A DNA stretch of 64,000 nucleotides from Gracilinanus agilis (taxonomy: Eukaryota). Below are positions 11,904-24,080 of this stretch, in pieces. A program made the position numbers and the translations under genes. The first letter of the stretch is position 1. Each line of letters starts with the position of its first letter. The DNA lies in the NCBI RefSeq assembly GCF_016433145.1, contig NC_058135.1:291979442-292043441 (forward strand). Reading direction: 5' to 3'. The notes beneath the pieces are model-generated. The model worked only from the letters and a program-made list of their open reading frames with translations, searched no databases and had not been told where the DNA came from.

Positions 11904-13974
11904 ACCTATTACTTTTTGAGGGAAAACAGTTTCATGGCCAAAACACCTCTTATCACTAGATTTAGATTTCACTCTCCATCTTTTAAAAAATCTCATCCTA
12001 ATGCCAGCCTCAAACAAAACAATTAGATTTCTTGCCCTCTATTTTTCCACATCTCAGAATATTTCTAAAAAGGAGAAATGAAGAGGAAATAGGGAAAGTG
12101 TTACATTTCCTCCCTAAATCTTGCTTAGTAGAAAGCAACAGTAGTGCGTTTGAATGAATCATACAAGTCATGGCTATTGCTGTTCTGTGGATTATTCCCA
12201 AAAGGAGGAGGAGCAAAAAGGAACTGAGCTCCAGCCGGACAGCAGGGTCAGTCCTAATGGGCCAGGCCCGTCTCTTTTGAGGTCACTGGCCTCAGAAAAG
12301 ACAGGAGCATGGAAACATGCGTGCAGACGGGTCCCCTGGGGATGGGGAAGGCCCAAGGGAAGGCGGAGGGCCAAGCTGAACTTGGACTCGGGAGCAACGG
12401 CAGGGAATGAAAGCTTGGAGCCAGCCACGGCAGAAGGGGACGCCCACATACAACATGGACCTTTGACCCTCCTCCACCCACTCACCATCAACACCCCGAT
12501 CCCCCTCTCGCTGATGCTCCACGTCTCCCAACCCCCCCATCTCATCTCCCACAGGCCGCACCCCTCTGGGAGCCCTGGGGTGCCCCAAGCCCCATCTGCT
12601 GCATCCAGCCGCGTGACCTCTGATGGCAACGAGCCTGGCCCGATGGGAGCTCAGTCTACCACACGGCTGTCTTCCACTGCCCTGTCCAGTGAGGGGCTGG
12701 GCCTGGCCGAGGTGGCCGCCGGTTTTTCACGTGTCAGACGCTGCCGTCCTCACACACTCGCAGCTCTCCCAGGCCCGTCTGAAGGCTGCCATGCCAGTCT
12801 GCCTCGTGGCATTTGGCCCCATTTCCAGGCCATGCTCCGGTCTGTACCGTGCCTCAGGGCAGGGCTTTGCCCGCATGCTCCCCGCTTCCTCTCTACCCCT
12901 CTCCGCACGTCTGCTCCGGCCAGGCCTGGGTCCCATTTGTCTCTGGGCCCCCGGCCCAGCCCATCAGAGCAGCCACCTCCGGAGCCTCCTGTGGCCCAAT
13001 TCTGGACCTGGCAGAGACGCGGCTCGTTGTAACAGGACGACTGCCCAGCCTGCTGTCGGGGAGGCCCTTCGAGGGCTGCAGGGCCGGCGAGCACACGCCT
13101 GGCGGCCGGGCGCCCTCATGAGTTCCGGCCTCTCCGATCCCGTGGCGGGCAGCGTCTCAGAGAACAGCTTCCGACGCTGGCTGACGGGGGCGGCTTGGCC
13201 AGAGCCAGATGTCTGTGCACACACGTCAGTGGCAACGTCCAGCCCTTCCTGTCAGGAATCGGGCGTGTTTTCGGCTGCGAAGATCCCCAGAATGTCCTTC
13301 CCCTGGAGCTGGGGATGCGCCCCTGCTTACTGACAAGAAGCCAGGCCCGGCCTGGATGCCTGGACTGGCCAAGGCCTCGCGACAAGGCTGCCCCAAGGCC
13401 TGGCACAACAAGCATGGAAAGCCTTGGCCAAGGCGACACGGACAAGAGGCCCCTCGTTCGCTCCTGGACACTGTCGGGCAGCTCGCCCAGCCTGCCGCCG
13501 TTCCTGGGGGTCCCCTCGGGCTGCATCACACCCCAACACCCGGGCCTGGGCCTGTCCTTTCCTCCGTCACTCCCTCCTCTCAGACTGTCCCATGGCCGGC
13601 AGGCAAAGCCCGAGGTCAGCCCCAGGTGCGTCGTCCTTGTGGTGCCGGGCTGGGCGGCGCTCTGGGAACGTGGGGCACCTTCTGCGGCCTTCGTGGAGGC
13701 ACCTGCCCACGTGCCTTGTCGTCGAGGGCTCCAGTCCTGCGGCTGCGAACGTCACCGATGCAATAGCATCCCGGCTGTATTTGTTTGCTCTCATTCTCAG
13801 GGGGTGACCCCAATAACGGAAGGGCCACTGGAAGCACCCCCCATCCCTTTCCCCATTTCCCTCACTGCCCCCCATCTCTCTGTCCCTCGTTCTCGGGGTC
13901 TTTCTCCCTTTCAGCCCTCACCTGCCGTCTCAGAGTCAGCTGGTCCCAAGGCAGAAGAGTGGGAGGGGCCTGGC

Positions 13975-14080
13975 TGGGGGAGGTAAGTGACTTGCCCAGG
14001 CTCCCATAGCTAGGAAGCACCTAAAGCCAGATTGGAACCCAGGACCACCCCCCTTTCTCCAGGCCGGGCTCTTGAGCCAC
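13975..14080 (-). mobile_element. Degenerate CORE-SINE
   Basis: aagtgacttgcccaggctcccatagctaggaagc...gaacccaggacc. Confidence 0.7.
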
Positions 14081-14226
14081 GGAGCCTCCTTCTCCTGTCA
14101 GAGAGACTAGGGACGCCAGCACCGCTCTCATCACTTGATCAGAAGCCGGAGATGAGGCTGGCCAGGCTTCCCCAAGCCTGCAGCACAGACAGGCACCTGC
14201 CTCTACATGGGGGGGCTCCCAAGTTA

Positions 14227-14706
<480 letters not shown>

Positions 14707-15589
14707 TCATCTTATCCCGAGACATCTGTGTGTCCACAAAGAGTGATCCGGGGGGGGGGGGGGTCACGAGAGGACGTGCCAGGCCTGACCAAAGGAGCCT
14801 TTCCTGCACTACCCCAAAGCCACTGAGCCTGTAGGCTGGGGGGCTGTGCGGGCACACTCGGGGGTGCTGTGGGAGGTGGTGGAAAACAGCCTGGAGGAAG
14901 AGGCTGTGGGAAGAGCCCCAGGGATCACAGCCTCAGAGCCCGAAGGGGCCTTCCTCTCCAAGGCCGAGAGCCTCATTTACAGAGGACGAGGCGTGGGGAG
15001 GCAGAGCTGACTGGGGACTTGAAGAGCAAGTATTTGAGGCAGACGAGCTGGGTTCAGATCCTACCTCAGAGGCTGCCCTGGCCCTTCCCAAGGGCCCTGT
15101 GTAATTTGGGGAGGCTTTCCCTTAGGAATGGTCATCGCTCAGGGTGCCTGGTCACCCGCTTGGCTGTCCTGAGCATCCAGATGCCAATCGGGCATGCTAG
15201 AGCCCAGCACCGGACAAAGGCATCCCCTAAGTGGGCCCGGGATCCTCTGTCCAGCCCCACACCCTAGACCTGCTAGGGACAAGGCCAGAGCAGGGATTTG
15301 AACCTGGAGCTTCATACACCGGTGCTTTTCTGGGGGACGGGCTCCCCACATTACCCCTGAACTATACTATATGCATCTAACACGACACAGACGAGGGCCT
15401 CCAGCCATCGTCTTTGCCAGACCAACCACCCAAGGGGCCCAGGACCTTCAAATGGTGAGGGAGCCCCATCTGGACCAAGAGCTTTCTCCAGCAGGCTGTG
15501 ATACAGAATTCTGGCCCTGGGTTCGTCTCTTCACCAAGGAAGGCCTGGGTTACTGGAGGCCCCGCTGAGGTCAGGGACTCTTACCCTCA

Positions 15590-15740
15590 TAAAGGTAACC
15601 CCATTCCACAGACGAGGTAATGGAGGGAATCAGAGGTCAAGTGACTCGTCCAGGGTCATAGAGCTAGCAGGTGGCCGAGACAGGATTTGAACTCAGGTCT
15701 TCCTGACTCTAAGCCTAGAACTCTAGACACTGAGTGCCTG
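15590..15740 (-). mobile_element. MIR/MAR1-type SINE
   Basis: ccccattccacagacgagg...aagtgactcgtccagggtcata...ggatttgaactcaggtcttcctgactc. Confidence 0.8.
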
Positions 15741-16344
15741 GCCTTGATGGGTAACTACAGATGCCCATCACGTGAATCCAGCTAAGCACGGAAGACACAC
15801 ACTCTGCCATCCGTGTGATCCCCAAATCTCTCTCTCTAAAATTAAACTTCTGCCTTCTGCCTCAGTCTCCCATCTAAGACAGAAGAGAGCAGGTGGGGCA
15901 ATCGCAGCTGTGGCTTGCCAGGGTCCTCCCAATACCAGGCCCGGGGCTCTGGCAATGATGCCACCCCACTGCCCTCCCAGCCTCTCTCCTCTGGCCTTCC
16001 AACCCGGCTTGGAGGAGGGGGACATTGTGGAAACTCCCCCCAGAATTGCTTTTTCCTTAGCAGAAAGGCTGGGATCACGCTTAGCTCCATAAGACCCACA
16101 GGAGATAGACGTGGCCTTGCCCTCAATTTGGGGGTCCTACAGGTCGGGTGGAACCGCAAAGGAGCAAACTAAGGCTTGACCATGGAAAAAACTTTCTAAG
16201 AGAGTTCTCTAAAAAAGCAATGTGCCAGATTTGGGGGGCCAGGCTGGGCGTCTGCCTCAGGGATGGAGCCGGGGGGTGGGGTGGGGTGGGGGAGGGAGCT
16301 CTTGTTTTGGGGCTTCCCGTGAGGTCTCACCATACCCCGATCAG

Positions 16345-16560
16345 TAAAAGAACTTGGAGAGACACCCATAGAGAAACAGAGATAGAAGAGAAAGGCAAAA
16401 GAGAGGAAAAAAGAAGAGATTAGGAGACAGAAAGTGCAGAGAAAAAGAGGGAGAACAGACATGGCCGGGGGAGGGAGGACCGGAAGAGACAGACAGAGGG
16501 AGCCTGTGAGGAAAGACAAAGGAGACCCACAGCCATGGGTGGAGGGTGTGGACAGACAGA
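16345..16560. repeat. Purine-rich (GA) low-complexity tract; pyrimidine-rich on the KMT5B sense strand
   Basis: gagaaacagagatagaagagaaaggcaaaagagaggaaaaaagaagag... Confidence 0.8.
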
Positions 16561-16575
16561 GGGACGGCGTTCTCA

Positions 16576-16791
<216 letters not shown>

Positions 16792-16822
16792 TCAGACTGG
16801 GCATTTTTCAAACAATACCTAC

Positions 16823-16842
16823 CTTACAGTTAGGTCTGCAAT
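16823..16842 (-). CDS. KMT5B: KMT5B exon 8, 20 nt micro-exon (D)CRPNCK
   Basis: tttttcag|ATTGCAGACCTAACTGTAAG|gtaggt; completes the SET motif FINHDCRPNC and restores frame between exons 7 and 9. Not shown by the ORF track. Confidence 0.97.
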
Positions 16843-16873
16843 CTGAAAAATGTCCAAAAGATAAAGTCAATTA

Positions 16874-17305
<432 letters not shown>

Positions 17306-17582
17306 TTATCCGGCTGGCCCGGCGCACAACGATTGCCGCTGGCCATGCTGGGGGCCCCTGACTGCTGGGCTGGGGTCGCCCCCACACGAGCTGCCCCTTC
17401 GCTTCCTTCCAAGGGCTGCTATCTGAGCCCCCCTCCCCGGGAGCAGCTGTGGGGAGCTGCCTCGGGGGCCGCGCTTTGACTCTGGACGGCCGTGTTGTGG
17501 GATTCTGGTTTTTAACCCCCGGGTTGGTGCGTTTCCAGCCCCCACCCCGGGCACAGGCCACCCCACCGAGGGCTCCTAGTTA

Positions 17583-17693
<111 letters not shown>

Positions 17694-18243
17694 CTAAAAC
17701 AGGCGAGAAGAGTTTTGGTCTAAGTCAGTAGTGAGCGGCTCCAGCACCGGCTTCGCTGGCATCGTCCACAGAGACCGGAGGACGAGGCCGGCGGGCTGTG
17801 GCCTCAAGGGCTGCTCCCAGGCCTCGGGCTCTGCGGGGAGCTCCCTTCTGTGGACGAGGGAGATCCGTCACAGCAGCCACAGCGTACGTGAATGAGGGGG
17901 CTCTCACTGGTCACCTCCAGGACCTAAGATGCGCCCAAAGATCCATGGGTTTCAGCCCTGTGGACACCCCCCTCCACGGTGGCTGACTTCAGCAGTTGCT
18001 ATGATCAAACACTGGGCCAGCGGGCAGCTGCTGGGAAGGGTCCCATGCTGGAATCCAGGCCTGTCCCCCTGAACAAAGACCCCTTCACTCCAACACCCCA
18101 CTTTCTCTTCCAGCATACGGGTCTTGGGAAGGTGACCCAGCGCTCAGGCCCCAGGGGGTGCCCTCCCTCCCACAGTGAGGCAATGAGGGGAGAAGTCCAG
18201 GAACCTTCCAACTCTGCCCCCCAACACAAGGGAGCCTCCCTCG

Positions 18244-18669
<426 letters not shown>

Positions 18670-18749
18670 TCATCTGGGTTCCCCACTGCTGCATTAAAAA
18701 AAAAATTCCTTTTATTTATTTCATTAAATATTTCCCAATTATATGTAAG

Positions 18750-18952
18750 GTTTTTTTTTCCTTTTTTCCTTTTTTAAATCAATACTGTGTATTGGTTGGT
18801 TTCAAGGCAGAAGAGTGGTCAGGGTAGGCAATGGGGGTCAAGTGACTTGCCCAGGGTCACACAGCTAGGAAGTGTCTGAAGCCGGATTTGAACCCAGGAC
18901 CTCCCATCTCTAGGCCTGGTTCTCCATCCACTGAGCTACCCAGCTGCCCCCC
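18750..18952 (-). mobile_element. SINE1_Mdo-type SINE, full length
   Basis: Complete head and body, poly-T on the + strand, TSD atatgtaag at 18741-18749 and 18953-18961. Confidence 0.95.
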
Positions 18953-19829
18953 ATATGTAAGTTTTAAAAAATCCATTAAAGAACCTCCGAGCTCCAAATT
19001 GTCTGCCCCTGACCCCTTGAGACGTGAGCAATGATATCAATTATATGTGACCATCAAATGGTTTCTAAAACATCTTATTGTTATGTCATTTGGGCATTAT
19101 TCTGAAGCGTCACCATCTGACAAGAGGCCGGGCTGCCCCCTCAGCCTCCCCCAGGGGTGAGCGAGCTCCACTCCCAGGCAAGCTGTCCCTCGAGCACTCC
19201 AGGGCTTCCTCCGGCCTGGGCGCACACAAGATGCTCAGAATGACCCTAAGAGAAACAAAGCTCTGGGAGGAGAATTCAGCCCGGGGCACCACGGCCAGTG
19301 CAGGGCCCGGAGGAGGGAGGCAGCTTGCCCTCTAGTGGCCACATGGCCATGCTGCTAAGAGTGGCTGGGAAGAGTGGACAGGGCTAGGGCCAGTCATGGG
19401 TGCCAAGGCCCCCCCCAACATCCTGGCCTCTCACCATGGAGGAATGGCCACTGGGGAGGGGGAGGAGGGCTGGTGGCCAGTGACACAGAGTGGCGAGGGC
19501 GCTGTCCCTGGCCTCGAGCCAGCGGGGATCCCTGAGGGGAGGCCAGACAGCTCAAAGGTTCTCTTTGGAAAGACTCTCACGGGTCAGTTGGTCACTCCAC
19601 AGGGCAGCACTCGGGGGTGGGGGGTGGGGGTGGGGAGTGGGGAGAGGGATGCAGGCACCCTCCTTGCCCCAAAGAAAGAGGGTTGGCTGCAGCTCCTGCC
19701 CTTCCAGGGGACGCTGAGGGAGAAAGTCTCCAAGTAGCCTGAGGAGATCCTCCGGGGCAGACATCAATGATGTGCTTTAAAAATCATCAAACCTTTCAGT
19801 TCAGGTTTAGACTAGATACTGTGTTGGGG

Positions 19830-19935
19830 CACCAGGTGACTTGCCCAGGGCCCCCAAGCTAGGGAGGGTCTGAGGCCAGATCTGAACCCAGGACCTCAGT
19901 CCTGGGCTTGGCTCTATTCACTGATCTGCTTCCTC
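19830..19935 (-). mobile_element. CORE-SINE fragment
   Basis: gtgacttgcccagggccccc...tctgaggccagatctgaacccaggacc. Confidence 0.7.
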
Positions 19936-20834
19936 AATGTAGTGTCAAAGAGGTTTTAAAAACGTGGCTTAGAAGAAACAAGAGAGATGAAAAGATCAGG
20001 GGATTTTCTATTAGTCACTCCACATTCCACAGGGTCTTCTGATGACTCTGGCCCGGGCCCTGCCTCATCAGTCAGTCATGATGGTCTGACCAGACCCCTG
20101 GCTCTGTCAGCGCTAAGCGTCCCTGCGCCCCCTCTCCCAGGGCCTGGCACATGGTGGGGCCTCATAAAGGCTCCTTCCAGCCTTCCCTTCCTCAAGGGAC
20201 TCTGGAGGGGTTGGGAGAAAGCAGAGAGTGGGGGGAAATTCAGGGAATGCTAAATAACACAGAAATCATCGGGGCAGCGAGCCGGGCGGTCCTGGGTTCC
20301 ATTGTGGCCTCAGACACTTGCTAGGTGGCGACCCTCAGTGGCCGGAGCCTTCCTGCTCTTCTGCCTCGGAACCCATCATGATGATGTTCTCCAACATCTG
20401 TACAATTGGCGCCTTGACTAACATGCAGGTGCAAAGATGGAAGGAAGGGGTTTAAACATGCTAGAGACAGGACAGGCGAGCCGAGGGGCCCCAGGCGACA
20501 CGGATGGCAGCTGGCCGAGGCCTGAGCAGGAGTGGAGCCTCCCCAGCGCAGACCGGCCTCGTGTCCACTTTCCTCGAGAAGAGACGAGAGCCGCCGATGT
20601 GCCAGTGCCCAGAGAGCAGTCGTGGGAGGTCTGGGGGCAAGAACTGCCTTTATGGGGAGATACGTGTCTGCTGGAGCGAGAACCCCAAAGATCAAGGAAG
20701 CCCTCAGAAAAACCTTCAGGCCTTCCTTCGACCCCAAAAGGTGATGGAGGAAAGCCCACGACCTGGCGGCCCTGTGTTCACCTGCTTCCTCAAGCTGCCC
20801 ATGCTAAGAAAAGCTTCCCTAAGGACACCGAGAG

Positions 20835-21045
20835 TCAGCAGCTAGTGGTGCCAGGCTGGGAGTTGAGAAGACCTGAATTCAAATCCAGCCTTGGGCAAGT
20901 TGCTTAACCTATTTGCCTCTGTTTCCTCATCTGTAAAATAGGGGTAACAGCGCCTCCCTCCTGGGACTGTTAGGAGATTATGAGTGTTAAGTGCTTGCCC
21001 CAGTGCCGGGCACACCGTGGGTGCTACAGCAACATGAATGATCAC
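20835..21045 (+). mobile_element. MIR/MAR1-type SINE, GC-shifted
   Basis: gaagacctgaattcaaatccagcc...cttaacctatttgcctctgtttcctcatctgtaaaataggg...aagtgcttgccccagtgccgggcac. Confidence 0.8.
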
Positions 21046-23896
21046 TCCGAGTCACACAAGGGTCTAAAAGGGCTGGAACAGCTCTGCTGGCTGTTTTGGT
21101 GCCCCTGCTGATAAAAATGAGACAGGTAAGGGAGAGATGGGGCCGGGCCACAGGGGGCCCTCGAGCCCTAACAGGGCAATGCTCAGTTCAGAGGGAGTGG
21201 AAGAGTCGTGGGGGATGAGGGGAGCCAGGGGTGTGCTGAAGATAAACCCCACGACCAGTGAGGAAGCACCGTGCCTGTTGTTTGTGGATTATTACCACAG
21301 GGGGAAGGTTGTGCCCTGCTACCTCCTTCAGGACAGAGTCCAGGTCAAAGCGAGATGCCCGCCTAATCTCGTAACCTGGCTTATATCTTCTTAATTGTTT
21401 CCTTTTAATGGATAAAAACCTGCGTCAACCTGTATGAGGTGCAGCGCCAGGCTGCAGAAGCCTAATCAGGATGGGTTAAACAAATGGCGTGCACTGCTTA
21501 ATAAATCGATATGCTCGGAAACTCAAATCTTGTTTTCCCACTTATTTCAGATGTCACCCACCCCAGCCAGGATGACAGCCTTTCGGAACCTTTGAGGGCT
21601 CTGGACCTTTCTCTGGGGAACTTCTTCCTGGAGGAATGCCCCCCCAGAGATTGGAGGTCTCCCCCAACATCAAATTCTTCTGAGGTTTACCCTAACGCTG
21701 CTGGAGAAGGTTTATCCCCATCCTGCTGGGGGAAAATTACCCTTACTGAGGAAATACTCCCTTTGAGGGAACAACAGATCCTGGTAGTAATAAAATGCCG
21801 AAAGATTCCTCCTTGAATAAAATTTCTTCTGAGAGGAGGCCAGGGAAAGAGCACGTTGTTAAACAGACACGCTCCTAGGAAAATCCTTCTAGGCCTGGAA
21901 CTTCCCAGACAGGAGTGCAGGGGGTGACTAAAGACAGAGCTCTCAAATTGTGTACCAAAATTCAAATGGGTCCCCAATTTGGGGGCAAATGAAAGGATTT
22001 GAAATTGCTTCCAGCATGAGATCAGGAGTCCAGAAAGGATGTATTTGTCTTGTTATTTTGTCTGTCTTTATTTCTTGGTAAAATGCACAAACCCCTTTTT
22101 CTTGTGTAGTTGAACGTTTATAGTTTCTACTCCCAAGAAAGATTTGTAAGGGGAAAATGTGGCCAGTCAGAAGGGCTACTGCAAAGCTGCAGTCATCACA
22201 GAAGGATTGGGTTAGAAAACCAACCAAGCTGCAAGATATTTTCCTGTCATTTCAGCCCTGGACTTGTTGGCATTACACAGTGCAAGTCAGATAATCGAGG
22301 AAAGGAGACTTTTTCCTGGTTCATAGGAATTTGTGCCCATTAGGAATGAATTATGCTAAGTGCTAAAAATATCTGGGGAGATCTTAGAAGTTTGGAGATT
22401 AGGGAGATTGGGGATTAATCATTAAAGAGGCTGCAGATTAATCATTCTGAGATTTCAGAAAAGCGCTGCTGGCACCTGGGGGAATTCCAGGAACTAATCC
22501 TCTTCTCTTTGTCCTATCGGCATTGGCGCTCAGTGGAAGCTTAACATAGCCCAGTGAGTTCTGGAGGGCCACTCTGGCACGCCCAAATTTGTTTTAAGGA
22601 AAAATAAGGATTACACTCTTTAGAAGTTTTAGGAAGAAAAGCAGTTGTTCTGAAAGTAATGCCAGAGTGAAGGGAAAAGAACAGGTATGTGGTTTGCATT
22701 TTTCATTTATTCAAAATTTAAAGAGCTGTCTCTTATTAACCCTTTCTTGCCTAGTCTAAGAGAAAAACTTGTTCAAATTAGGGAGCAACTTAAAAATTAC
22801 TAACTTTTAATGAAGGAATAAAAAGGGCAATTTAAACCAAGAAGGAAGGACTCCCCACCCCACCCCTCCTGTCGCTGGGGTTCCGACTCTACTGTGGATA
22901 TCGGGGATAGAGAGCCCTAATGATGGGAAGGGAGAAGCGATCAGGAGCCAGGCATGTCTCTTGGGAAGTCTGAAGCAGAACTTCAATGACTGATTTCGGT
23001 AAACTAGAAGCAGTCATCAAAATGTTTGTGCTCAACTGCAAAGCAGAGATACAAGTGAAGATTATTTAGCAAGTTTGAGGAATGAGTAGGAAATCCGGCA
23101 TTTGCCCCGACACACCATTTGGGGGAGTCGCCCTCAGTGTGTACTATCTCCTGAGTTCCCAAGCAAGAGAATGGGAATTCAAGGGTGCTCCGTGGTAGGT
23201 CTCCTCAGTGAAAGAGAGGGTGGGCTCAGGTTGTGAAAATGAAAGGAAACGATCTGGTTCTTTGGGTGATTTTTGAAAGAAAATAAAAAGTCTACAAAAA
23301 GTGAAAATCCTACAGCAAACTTGTGAAAGTGAGCTATTTGTTAGAGCTGGGCTCTACATTTGAAAGCCCCGGCGCCCCCAAGTCCTTGAAAACAGCAACT
23401 GATTTTGTGCTCACAAATCCCGATTTTACTTGGATGAGATGGTCCTGTGACTAAACTACAATGTCCTCCCCACATCCCGGCCCCACTTCCTGGCCAAAAA
23501 GGGAAGAAAAACACAAGGAAACCAGAATTAAACTCCTAATGGTCCCTATCTCTCAACTGTTATGAGCTGTTATGAGGATCAAAATGATAGTGATTGTCAA
23601 GTGCTCAGCACAGTTCCTGGCATACAGGAAGCACTATATATAAAGGTTAACTATTGTTCCTGCTTCTTTGACTCTAACGTGACAGATGTTTATTGATTGA
23701 AAAGAGTGGTCCAGGATGGAACAACTGGGTTTTATGTACAATAATTTGGAAATGAAGCTTAATTGGTATTATCTGACTGGTAATAAGTTTTGTTTCATGT
23801 TTTAAAATGTGATTTGGGGCATTATTATGTTTCTAAAGTCTCTTCTATTGTAAAATTGGGGATATTTCTGTATTAGAAATCCTATTAGAAAAACAG

Positions 23897-24080
23897 CTTT
23901 GTCTTAGAATTGATACTAATTATCAGTTCCAAGGCAGAAGAGCGGTAAGGGCTTGGCAATGGGGGTGAAGTGACTTGCCTAGGATCACACCGCCAGGAAG
24001 TATCTGAGGCCACATTTGAACCCAGAATCTCCCTTCTCTAGGCCTGGCCCCGAATCCATGGAGCCACCTGACTATCCCCA
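23897..24080 (-). mobile_element. SINE1_Mdo-type SINE
   Basis: ttccaaggcagaagagcggtaagggc...aagtgacttgcc...tctgaggccacatttgaacccag. Confidence 0.9.

Noticed and set aside
12154-13986. Long + strand ORFs (292, 236 and 263 aa) in intron 10
   Set aside because: They overlap one another in several frames and on both strands, have no homology I recognise, and are expected where stop codons are rare.
20320-20830. Possible retrocopy or RTE fragment (several 70-156 aa ORFs)
   Set aside because: No frame gives a recognisable protein; no poly-A or TSD.
21511-21816. 101 aa + strand ORF with an acceptor-like ttatttcag, suggesting a nested antisense exon
   Set aside because: No recognisable product, no partner exons and no convincing donor.
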